Below are positions 56,148-64,000 of a DNA stretch of 64,000 nt, piece after piece (the first letter of the stretch is position 1; every line of letters begins with the position of its first letter). Location: positions 1,443-65,442 of the IMG/VR virus record IMGVR_UViG_3300010347_002584; one strand, written 5' to 3'. Made by a program: the position numbers and the translations under genes. The notes beneath the pieces were generated by a model. That model worked only from the letters and a program-made list of their open reading frames with translations. It did no database searches and was not told the origin of the DNA. Source of the DNA: a virus (lineage: Duplodnaviria; Caudoviricetes).

Positions 56148-56240
56148 TTACCACCCCATTGTGTGTTTTACGCATTCCCCAATAACTGCAGACAAAGCTA
56201 TAATAGATAATATAATCGCTATATATTTTAGTTTACTCAT
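56148..56240 (-). CDS. 30-aa hydrophobic peptide, not in ORF track
   Basis: Manual translation MSKLKYIAIILSIIALSAVIGECVKHTMGW. Fills the helicase-sbcD gap with overlapping start. Confidence 0.45.
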   Translation of the reverse strand: MSKLKYIAIILSIIALSAVIGECVKHTMGW

Positions 56241-57663
56241 TTGTTCTCCTTACTATTTCTAGAACTTCGTCTTTTGAAATTTCTCTCATATTTCCATCAC
56301 TTGTTAATAAAATATATTTTATACTCCATTTTTGCTTTTCATAGTAAGATACTCTTGCTGATAATTGCTTTGAAATTTCTTTTTCTCCTATATCTACCAA
56401 GTCAATAATAATTGGTTGCTCCTTATTTTTAGATACTCTAACTATTCTTCCACACATTTGTTCAATATTATTTATTGGTGTTAACATTATTAGGCAATCC
56501 TTTTTAGGAATATCTACTCCATCTCGCATCTTCCCTGGTGTAGAGAAAACTAGCTTAGAATCCAAAACATCAATTTTATCACCACTTATAAATCTTGTTT
56601 TACTCCCTGTAGGTGCCCATTTATATAAAGAATCTATATGATTTATTCTTTCAGTTATATATACAATATCTCTATTATCTTTAATAAATTTTTCAAGAAG
56701 GGATTTTGAAACTTTTTCTAACATCTCAGACCTTCTCAACAAATTCAAGTATCTCGCTCTTTGAAAATAACCACCCCAATGGACATAATAGAAACTCTTT
56801 TTTGATATTTCATAATCAAATAGCATCACTGTAACTCTAGCATCCATTACAGTTGCTTTTCCTTCTGGCTCAAACACTTCTCCCAAATGATACTCAATAA
56901 TATCACCATTTCCATCATATCTGTAAGGTGTTGCACTAAATCCAAATGCAATGGCTGATGGAATATGAATTGAACATTCGGCAAATGTTGGAGCCCCTAC
57001 TGTTGTATGAACCTCATCTGCAATAAATATTCCTATATTTGCTTTATTGAGAGCAATGAGAAAATTAGCACGATTTCTTCTTAGAAGAGATATGAATGTT
57101 TGATCCGTACATATAATTACTGATTTTTTAAGTGCGTCTTCAAAATTAGATGATGTTAATCTAACAACTTCATCATCTTTCAAATCTGTAAATGCAAGAA
57201 ATCCTTGTGGTTTCTCCTTTGTTCCTGGTCCTTTCCATTGATCCGCCAAACTATCTCGATGTACTAATATAAAAGTTTTCTTCTTTCTCTCTGCTACACA
57301 ACAAACTCCTGTTACTGTCTTTCCAGAACCTGGAGAAGCTTGAATAATCCCTCGATTATTCTCCATTAAATAAGACACTATATTTTTTTGTAACTCGTCT
57401 CTTAAAGTAATATGGTGACTTATTTTTATATCTTCTCCAGGTCCAAAACTATTTTCAAGTTTACAATTTATGTAATCCCAAATTGGAAAGAACCTAGGAA
57501 TTTTAAGAATCTTATCATCTTCAACAAAGAAACTATGATAAGTAAATGAAGAGTCTCCATAGTTACGAAACCTTCTAGTCAAATTTTCTTTTATATGTTT
57601 GTAGAATGTTTCGTTTTCTAGTTCTTTTGGAATACAAATTCCTGAGGTTCTTTTTAGAATCAT
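56233..57663 (-). CDS. uvsW: SF2 helicase (UvsW-like)
   Basis: ASPGSGKT, DEVH, SATP, GVDIP, EQMCGRIVR. Confidence 0.85.
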   Translation of the reverse strand: MILKRTSGICIPKELENETFYKHIKENLTRRFRNYGDSSFTYHSFFVEDDKILKIPRFFPIWDYINCKLENSFGPGEDIKISHHITLRDELQKNIVSYLMENNRGIIQASPGSGKTVTGVCCVAERKKKTFILVHRDSLADQWKGPGTKEKPQGFLAFTDLKDDEVVRLTSSNFEDALKKSVIICTDQTFISLLRRNRANFLIALNKANIGIFIADEVHTTVGAPTFAECSIHIPSAIAFGFSATPYRYDGNGDIIEYHLGEVFEPEGKATVMDARVTVMLFDYEISKKSFYYVHWGGYFQRARYLNLLRRSEMLEKVSKSLLEKFIKDNRDIVYITERINHIDSLYKWAPTGSKTRFISGDKIDVLDSKLVFSTPGKMRDGVDIPKKDCLIMLTPINNIEQMCGRIVRVSKNKEQPIIIDLVDIGEKEISKQLSARVSYYEKQKWSIKYILLTSDGNMREISKDEVLEIVRRTNE

Positions 57664-58109
57664 TTTACATCCTTCTCACAACCGTCAAAAATTGCTACGG
57701 CATCATCTGATTCCCAAACAGCTACATAATCTAGATTTATATATTTCTCATTTGCTCTTATCCAAGAAATAAGTTGGTTATAAATATAACAAGCTAGTAC
57801 TTCTGCTGTTGGGTCGGAATTTTCAAATGTGATAACTTTCTTTCCAGGATCACCGCAAGTTTCAGAGAACGAAATTGTTTTTGTGTCTTCAGAATTCAAC
57901 AAAATTGAATGATCCAGAATAACAATTAATGAACTAAAATAATCTGACAGCCTTCCAAAATCCATTACCATATCATTATTATCCAATCCATGACATGATA
58001 ATTGAACTTCAATTTTAAGATTATGCCCATGAATATTTTTGCAAAGCCCACTATGCTTCATTAATCTATGACCAACAGGAACTTTAAAACTTTTTCTAAT
58101 TCTAAACAT
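57660..58109 (-). CDS. queD: 6-carboxy-tetrahydropterin synthase (QueD/PTPS)
   Basis: GHRL....G.C.NIHGHN, MDFG, LDH..LN, PTAE, VWES. Confidence 0.92.
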   Translation of the reverse strand: MFRIRKSFKVPVGHRLMKHSGLCKNIHGHNLKIEVQLSCHGLDNNDMVMDFGRLSDYFSSLIVILDHSILLNSEDTKTISFSETCGDPGKKVITFENSDPTAEVLACYIYNQLISWIRANEKYINLDYVAVWESDDAVAIFDGCEKDVK

Positions 58110-58404
58110 TACACACCTCTTTTTCTTTTTGATTTGGTCTTAGTATGTAGTCTATCCAACTTCTATATCCATTACCTTTACAATATGAACATGATTTAAC
58201 AATCCATTCGTAAACTTTTCCTGTCCCTTTACACACTAAACAAGACATTATATCTAATTTGTTGCTAAGATTATTCTCATAAAGTAAAATCCCTGATCCA
58301 TTACAGGACTTACACTTTAATGTTGTTTTTATAATTTCTTTTCCATCACCGAAGCATTCAATACAAACATATTCTTTATCCATCTTTATGTCTATTTTAT
58401 TCAT
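58102..58404 (-). CDS. DnaJ-type Zn-finger protein (W-motif family, 4 CxxCxGxG)
   Basis: CIECFGDG, CKSCNGSG, CLVCKGTG, CSYCKGNGYRSWIDYILRP. Confidence 0.75.
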   Translation of the reverse strand: MNKIDIKMDKEYVCIECFGDGKEIIKTTLKCKSCNGSGILLYENNLSNKLDIMSCLVCKGTGKVYEWIVKSCSYCKGNGYRSWIDYILRPNQKEKEVCNV

Positions 58405-58648
58405 GTACCATTCTCAACATACAATTTCTGCATAGATTTGCTGTTACTTTATAATACGAACTACCATATCGAAATTTTAAACATTTTTCACCAGGAATAA
58501 TAGTATTTTTACACTTGAGACATGTTCTGTGTCTAATAGCTGGTTCCATTCTAAATTCTTTCCACAGATAAGGTTCAGGATACTCATCATTTACATTCAC
58601 TAAGGGTTCTCCATGAGAAATTACCATTATATTAATTCCTTTCCTCAC
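58397..58648 (-). CDS. small Zn-ribbon protein
   Basis: RTCLKCKNTIIPGE...LCRNC. Confidence 0.55.
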   Translation of the reverse strand: MRKGINIMVISHGEPLVNVNDEYPEPYLWKEFRMEPAIRHRTCLKCKNTIIPGEKCLKFRYGSSYYKVTANLCRNCMLRMVHE

Positions 58649-58895
58649 TTATAGGTCTAATTATATTATCAAGCCAATATCTTTTACCTGATCCTTTACA
58701 AAAGATACATTTATAATGATTAAAACCATGTACGTATCCACGTCCATGGCAATAGTGACAATCTAAATTTCTTTGTAACTTATTACTAAAAACTACACCC
58801 TCTCCTCCACAATATACACATTCAATATCATGTTCTCTTATATACCATCCCTCTCCTTTGCAGACTTTACAAGTAATTGGATCTAAGTTTATCAT
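58632..58895 (-). CDS. DnaJ-type Zn-finger protein (W-motif family, 4 CxxCxGxG)
   Basis: CKVCKGEG, CVYCGGEG, CHYCHGRG, CIFCKGSGKRYWLDNIIRP. Confidence 0.75.
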   Translation of the reverse strand: MINLDPITCKVCKGEGWYIREHDIECVYCGGEGVVFSNKLQRNLDCHYCHGRGYVHGFNHYKCIFCKGSGKRYWLDNIIRPISEERN

Positions 58896-58912
58896 TTATT
58901 TTCATGCCTTTC

Positions 58913-59251
58913 TTATCCTTTTTGTAATACAGTTCTTAATAGTTCATTTTCAAATCTAGATCTTTTATATGGTCTAATAATTTTATCAACCCATGTTCTG
59001 ACTCCTGTTCCAGAACAATTTGAACAATAAACAAGAACTGATTCCATTTCTTCAATAACAGAAACAGCCATACAAAAATGGCATTTTGATCTAGTAACCG
59101 ATAATGAATAGATAACCCGATCTTTATCTATTCTAATTCCATCATATTCATTGTAACAATTTAGACATCTTCTTTTTGTGTGTAAAATATTTAATACTCC
59201 TTTTCCTCCACATACTGAGCACTTACGGGACGAAGTATCTTGTCTACCCAT
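58913..59251 (-). CDS. DnaJ-type Zn-finger protein (W-motif family)
   Basis: CSVCGGKG, CLNC, CHFC, CSNCSGTGVRTWVDKIIRP. Confidence 0.7.
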   Translation of the reverse strand: MGRQDTSSRKCSVCGGKGVLNILHTKRRCLNCYNEYDGIRIDKDRVIYSLSVTRSKCHFCMAVSVIEEMESVLVYCSNCSGTGVRTWVDKIIRPYKRSRFENELLRTVLQKG

Positions 59252-59562
59252 GTTCTATATCCAGTACCTTTACAATATTCACAATTTATCCACTTTGCAT
59301 AATAGTGTGTTCCATCTTCATCACACCTATTACAGGGAATGAACACTCCACTCCTCACACCTCTAATAAATTTCTCTTTTTTCTTTCTCCCACCACAGTC
59401 TTCACAAACCTTTCTTCCAGTTATTACATTTTGTTTTGTCCCATAACAAACTGGGCATGGAATAAAACCATTCTTAATAATTTCAGCTCTTAACTCAGTC
59501 CATTGCCATGGTTCTGGTGTCTTCATTTGTTTTCCCACTTTCTTCAGGTCTAATAATTTCAT
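59191..59562 (-). CDS. DnaJ-type Zn-finger protein (W-motif family)
   Basis: CPVCYGT, CEDCGG, CNRCDEDG, CEYCKGTGYRTWVDKILRP. Start may be internal (MKTPEP). Confidence 0.7.
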   Translation of the reverse strand: MKLLDLKKVGKQMKTPEPWQWTELRAEIIKNGFIPCPVCYGTKQNVITGRKVCEDCGGRKKKEKFIRGVRSGVFIPCNRCDEDGTHYYAKWINCEYCKGTGYRTWVDKILRPVSAQYVEEKEY

Positions 59563-59698
59563 CTATCCATGTCCTATATCCAGTTCCCTTACATCCAGTA
59601 CATGAAACTAATTTATATCTAGCTGAACCAGAAATTGATACACAAACAAGTTCTAAACCAGTACCTTCGCATATTCTACAAAATTTAACTGGCAACAT
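59495..59698 (-). CDS. DnaJ-type Zn-finger microprotein (W-motif family)
   Basis: CRICEGTG...CTGCKGTGYRTWIDEIIRP. Confidence 0.7.
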   Translation of the reverse strand: MLPVKFCRICEGTGLELVCVSISGSARYKLVSCTGCKGTGYRTWIDEIIRPEESGKTNEDTRTMAMD

Positions 59699-59739
59699 AA
59701 AACCTCCAATTCACTAACAGATTTAATCAAATAATTTAT

Positions 59740-61050
59740 TTAAGTATGACAAATTTCATTATATTGATTTAGTACGTATTTAGACAAGTTATTTAAATTA
59801 TTCTTAATTGCCCCTTTCTTTCCCTCTAATTCTTTTATATCTGTATTCGTTGTAAGGAGTTTTGAAATCCTATATTTCTGTAGCAGGTCCCTTACAATTT
59901 TTTCGTCTATTTTGGATTTATCAGAAATATTTTTTACTGCTTCATCAAATTTAAAATCTTTAATTTTCATATAAGAGGACAATACCGGTTTGATTTTTTC
60001 AAGAATTAGATTTTCTTTAATTAAAGAATCAACTCTCTCTACTTCACTCTTTAACATTGCTTCATTTGTTTTTTCAAACATATGATATGTATTCAATATC
60101 ATTTCATCTATGGAAATATTTCTAACCCTTCTGTTTCGATCAACTACAATTGTTTCAAAAGAAATTGATCCTGTAAGAGAATCTTTTAGTTTCTCCACAA
60201 AATTCTTAAATATCTCATCTCTATTTCTCTGCTTCAGAACTTCAAATACAATATTTGTTTCAGATGTAGATAAATCTGTAAAACCAATATCCTGATTCTC
60301 CAACTCTTTTGTAAACTTAGAAAGAAATGATTCAAATTTCCTTCCAGGAGGCCAAGATTTGACTACAGCTTTACAATGCGCGTTATCTACTTTTATTTTT
60401 CCTCTCACTCTTATAGAGGCTTTTCCTATTGTAAGTAGTTCTTTTAGTTCCTCATTTGTCGCTAAAATATCACAATCAGAAATTGGTTTTATTATTGGTT
60501 CCGTTACCTCTTTTTTAAGAAGATATAATAATCGCTTATATAAATCTTCTACTGTATAGCAAGGAATGTAAGTTCTATATCCAAATCCAATACCAACTGT
60601 ATACTCATGACCAATAATACAAAATGGAAACATAGTTGGTAGATACTCAGGTTCTTTATCCAATTCTGATTCTATCCAAGGAACATAGTCTAATAATTTA
60701 AACGCCATATTTATTGTCTTTTTAGATAATCTACATTCAGTATATCTCATTGCAGCTGGAGGATTATCATCAACACCAACACTAGATCCAAAGTTTCCCT
60801 GACCATCTAAAAATCCTTGGTTAACTAACTGAACGATAGTTGAATAAGATGAACCATGTGGATGATAGTGACCAATACAATGACCATCAACTCTAGCTGA
60901 TTTTACAAACTTATCTCTTGCTATTTCATACGTTGAAAGAAGGATTCTTCTCTCGACAGGTTTAAGTCCGTCCGTTAAAAGAGGAAATGCTCTAGAATGA
61001 TTTACATACTCTCCGTAGCTTTTATACAAATATCGAATAAGGTTATCCAC
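59740..61050 (-). CDS. gyrA: type IIA topoisomerase subunit A (GyrA/ParC/gp52-like, no CTD)
   Basis: DGLKPVERR, YHPHG, GQGNFG, AAMRYTE (catalytic Tyr), EPEYLP. Only 436 aa. Confidence 0.9.
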   Translation of the reverse strand: MDNLIRYLYKSYGEYVNHSRAFPLLTDGLKPVERRILLSTYEIARDKFVKSARVDGHCIGHYHPHGSSYSTIVQLVNQGFLDGQGNFGSSVGVDDNPPAAMRYTECRLSKKTINMAFKLLDYVPWIESELDKEPEYLPTMFPFCIIGHEYTVGIGFGYRTYIPCYTVEDLYKRLLYLLKKEVTEPIIKPISDCDILATNEELKELLTIGKASIRVRGKIKVDNAHCKAVVKSWPPGRKFESFLSKFTKELENQDIGFTDLSTSETNIVFEVLKQRNRDEIFKNFVEKLKDSLTGSISFETIVVDRNRRVRNISIDEMILNTYHMFEKTNEAMLKSEVERVDSLIKENLILEKIKPVLSSYMKIKDFKFDEAVKNISDKSKIDEKIVRDLLQKYRISKLLTTNTDIKELEGKKGAIKNNLNNLSKYVLNQYNEICHT

Positions 61051-61468
61051 TCTTTCCCCCTTTTATTATTACTAAATCTTTTGGTCCTTCTATATTAATT
61101 TTCTCAAAAAAGGATTTTTCAAACTCCTCTTTATTTAGAGCTTGTCTGGACTGAAGTATTAAATATTCTTTTCCATCTTTGGTTACTTTAGTGAACATGA
61201 CCGGAGGATAATCCGAATCTTTTCCAAGATTAACATAATAATTCGTGATATCCTCCGGTCTGTTCATATAATAATTTAGGATCCAATCACACACTTGGTA
61301 TAAAATTCTATATGTGAAGTAAATGTATACATCGGGAACTACTATCATTAAATTGGGATAATTAAACTTCTCCATTCCCTCTGTATATACACGCAATAAA
61401 TATGTATCATGAAATGAATAAAAAGTGTTTTGGATCCTAATTTCATGAGCGGTATCAATTTTAGACAT
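61043..61468 (-). CDS. hypothetical protein
   Basis: Co-directional coupled ORF. Confidence 0.55.
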   Translation of the reverse strand: MSKIDTAHEIRIQNTFYSFHDTYLLRVYTEGMEKFNYPNLMIVVPDVYIYFTYRILYQVCDWILNYYMNRPEDITNYYVNLGKDSDYPPVMFTKVTKDGKEYLILQSRQALNKEEFEKSFFEKINIEGPKDLVIIKGGKSG

Positions 61469-61952
61469 GAAGTTTAATCCTCAGTTTCTTAAATTTGATG
61501 TCTACATTATAACAACCATCTCCACCCATTTTATCCAAAACAATCATTCCTTCTGGAGGTTTTTGAAAATACTCAGTTTCTTCAAGAATATTCATCCAAT
61601 CTTTGTGATCATCATTACTGATAAGATAACATGGATCTGAAACAACAACCTTTCCCGATGTTACTTCAAGAATACCATCTCCAGAAACTGGTCCATTCCA
61701 TGTTTCTTCAATAGACCAATCAATATGATATTTTCCTGGTTCAATATTGTGAATAGACGATACATCTTTATCTAATTTATATCCTTTTTTCTTTTTGAAC
61801 CAATCCAAATCGGAGATTACAATCAACCCTGCATCTACACCAACATTATACACTGTCATACTATCTAAAATAGTATATCTCTTTTTATATTTTGTATGTA
61901 AGTCATGTCCCATATTATATATCTCCATTTTCTTCAATTTTCTTGTCTTCAT
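61461..61952 (-). CDS. hypothetical protein (DUF4241-like motif)
   Basis: GVDAGLIVISD and GGDGCY patterns. Confidence 0.5.
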   Translation of the reverse strand: MKTRKLKKMEIYNMGHDLHTKYKKRYTILDSMTVYNVGVDAGLIVISDLDWFKKKKGYKLDKDVSSIHNIEPGKYHIDWSIEETWNGPVSGDGILEVTSGKVVVSDPCYLISNDDHKDWMNILEETEYFQKPPEGMIVLDKMGGDGCYNVDIKFKKLRIKLHV

Positions 61953-62166
61953 ATGGTGCCATAATTCTTCTGTAAAATTCTAATTTTGCACAGTCTGCTG
62001 CAATAAGACTATTTGAAGCGTTGTCGAAATTCATTCTCCTTTCAGCAAACTCTTTCATTAAATAATAAATTGCAAAACAAAGTTGGCCCTTTGTGTCTAT
62101 TTCTCCTAGTGCTCTCTCTAGCCATTTCGTTATTTTATCTCTTTCTACTTTGTCAATGTATGGCAT
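61915..62166 (-). CDS. conserved phage protein (MPYI...YRR..PYED...NGD family)
   Basis: MPYID, LEFYRRIMAPYEDKKIEENGDI. Confidence 0.7.
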   Translation of the reverse strand: MPYIDKVERDKITKWLERALGEIDTKGQLCFAIYYLMKEFAERRMNFDNASNSLIAADCAKLEFYRRIMAPYEDKKIEENGDI

Positions 62167-62168
62167 AT

Positions 62169-63986
62169 TTATTCCTCCAATAACTTTCTCTTTTCAGTTA
62201 CATCAGAAAACAACTTCATAATCTTATCTATATCTTTACTATATGTTACTTTAGTAAAATGTCTTGTCCCATGATCTAATAAACATATTTTTAATTGCCA
62301 TGGGGATAATTCACCAAGACCTTTAAATCTGGTTATTGGTTCTCCCTTTTTTCTTGCCTTCTCTAGCTCATCTTTTGTCCATAAAGGAATAAATGTTTTT
62401 CCTTTATTAATTGCATATAGAGGAGTTTGGGCAAGATAGTAATGACCATTCTTAATTATATCAGGAACCAAATTAGCGAGAATTATAGTTAATAGACAAA
62501 AGATATGAGCACCATCTTCATCAGCATCAGCAGAACATATAATCTTATTATATTTCAACTTTGATATATCAAAATGTGGTCCAACTCCTGTTCCCAGTGC
62601 CTGAATCAATTCCCCAATCTCTTGGTTCTTCAAAATTTCTTTTGCATTTACAATTGATGGAATTTTTCCTTTTAATGGAAGAACAGCATGTAATCTTGGA
62701 TCTCTACATTGTAATAAAGATCCACCTGCAGAATCACCTTCTGTAATAAATAGTTCTCCATTTGCTGATGTGCAATCTCTAAGTTTTGTAAACCTGGTTG
62801 ACGCTCGTTTTCCATTACCAGATGCTTTCAATTTTTTAGAGTCTAGTTTTTTTCTATACTCTGCAAACTGATTGACTAACCTATCTAATTCCTCTGGATC
62901 TTTTGAAAAATAATCATCAATAGCTAGCTTTAACTTTGAAGACAATTTTGATAAAGATTCTTTTCTATTAATCAATTTATCTTTTGTCTGTCCAGAAAAC
63001 TCCGGTTTTTGTAACTTTAGTGTAATATGAGATCTCAAACCACAAAGCGCATCATATGGTTGAAATTTCAAACCAATCTTTTTAGCTCTAGATGTAAATA
63101 AATCCTTTAAAATATCCAAAAAAAGGTTTACATGCGTCCCACCGGAATCAACCGGGAGGAGATTGACAGACGATAAAGTTCGTGGGGCAATAGTTCCATT
63201 TAATGAATAGCAAAATTTTACATGCATCGACTCAATTGCATCACTTACAGAAATGTCTATGATTTTTGTTATTTCTGTATCAGAATCATTCAGACATTCG
63301 TTTTTAAAGTAACCAATAGAATCGAGTGTAAAAATTTCTTTCTTACTATCCACATTGAGAACTAATGTAACTTTATCTAGCTCGACTGAAGCTATAGCCA
63401 ATCTCTTCCGGATTCTATTTATATCAGGCAAGATTGATTCGAAAATCTTTTTATCTGGTTTAAACTGAATCTTAGTCGAAAACGGAGCTTTATCGTTAAA
63501 CGATTGAATCTTCTTTTCTTTCAGTTTTGCGTTTTCAAATACATATTTTGCATGTTTTCCATCGCGATAAATTTCAATAATATATAACGAACTCAAAGCA
63601 TTCAAAGCAACTAATCCAACACCGTGAAGTCCACTACAAATCAAATATGCAGACTTACTATCTTGAAATTTAGCACCTGAAAACAACTTAGTTGATATGG
63701 TAATTGGAGTATCATTATCAATAGGAATACCCCTACCATTATCTAATATACAATATGTATTTGTCTTTGTATCAATATTAACTGCTACAATGGTAGCATG
63801 CCCTGCTAAACATTCGTCTAAAGCATTATCCAATGCTTCTTCAACAAGATGAACTGGATTTGAGGTATCCCCTATATACATACCAGGATTTAGTCGTATA
63901 TGTAATACCTCATCCAGAACTTTGATATCCTTTCCTGTATAAGTTTTAGTCATTAAGAGTCTCCTATCAGATGTGGCAATCAACAA
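62169..63986 (-). CDS. gyrB: type IIA topoisomerase subunit B (GyrB/ParE-like)
   Basis: EALDNALDE, DNGRGIP, GLHGVG, EGDSAGG, PLKGK, DADEDG, RFKGLGE. Probable start MTKTY at 63953. Confidence 0.92.
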   Translation of the reverse strand: MLIATSDRRLLMTKTYTGKDIKVLDEVLHIRLNPGMYIGDTSNPVHLVEEALDNALDECLAGHATIVAVNIDTKTNTYCILDNGRGIPIDNDTPITISTKLFSGAKFQDSKSAYLICSGLHGVGLVALNALSSLYIIEIYRDGKHAKYVFENAKLKEKKIQSFNDKAPFSTKIQFKPDKKIFESILPDINRIRKRLAIASVELDKVTLVLNVDSKKEIFTLDSIGYFKNECLNDSDTEITKIIDISVSDAIESMHVKFCYSLNGTIAPRTLSSVNLLPVDSGGTHVNLFLDILKDLFTSRAKKIGLKFQPYDALCGLRSHITLKLQKPEFSGQTKDKLINRKESLSKLSSKLKLAIDDYFSKDPEELDRLVNQFAEYRKKLDSKKLKASGNGKRASTRFTKLRDCTSANGELFITEGDSAGGSLLQCRDPRLHAVLPLKGKIPSIVNAKEILKNQEIGELIQALGTGVGPHFDISKLKYNKIICSADADEDGAHIFCLLTIILANLVPDIIKNGHYYLAQTPLYAINKGKTFIPLWTKDELEKARKKGEPITRFKGLGELSPWQLKICLLDHGTRHFTKVTYSKDIDKIMKLFSDVTEKRKLLEE

Positions 63987-64000
63987 GAGTTAGAAGAGTA

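Noticed and set aside
58397-58648. Membership of this Zn-ribbon ORF in the W-motif family
   Set aside because: It has CxxC pairs but neither GxG nor the x3-W tail.
26256-59698. Annotating the Zn-finger genes as DnaJ chaperones
   Set aside because: No J-domain (HPD motif) or C-terminal substrate-binding domain. Only the CxxCxGxG finger is shared.
1-64000. CRISPR array, DGR or retron
   Set aside because: No regularly spaced direct repeats and no reverse transcriptase motif seen. Zn-finger paralogues vary throughout, not only at adenines.
1-64000. Stop-codon reassignment (alternative genetic code)
   Set aside because: Long conserved genes (terL, rpoB, rpoC, gyrB, sbcC) are intact in code 11, all three stops terminate genes, and no suppressor tRNA is seen.

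Overview
The whole window looks like one segment of a large, AT-rich tailed phage (myovirus, jumbo-type). It is densely coded in the standard genetic code and shows no host housekeeping operon. Layout: (i) 0.5-21.9 kb is a T4-like virion module with tail tube, baseplate hub/wedge genes, a tape-measure-like protein carrying an M15 peptidase, large terminase and amidase. A repeated AGAACAAAWTATAAA promoter-like motif precedes three of its transcription units. (ii) 21.9-36.3 kb is an accessory region with two tRNAs, a chimeric tRNA remnant, an HNH gene, NADAR, FolE2, a minimal PolB-like domain, an EVE-nuclease and many small Zn-finger genes. (iii) 36.7-42.7 kb holds compact beta and beta' RNA polymerase subunits. 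(iv) 43.1-50.2 kb holds a phage-encoded ubiquitin-like conjugation locus: E2-D fusion, JAB, E1, Ubl, plus a second E1-like/E2-like pair. (v) 50.2-64 kb covers replication and repair: radical SAM, SbcCD/gp46-47, UvsW-like helicase, QueD and type II topoisomerase A and B subunits. Top observations: the complete Ubl cassette upstream of the RNAP genes, and a 14-locus family of DnaJ-type Zn-finger microproteins sharing the C-terminal motif CxxCxGxG-x3-W-[ILV]-x2-[IV]. All calls come from motifs recognised by eye; no database searches were run.
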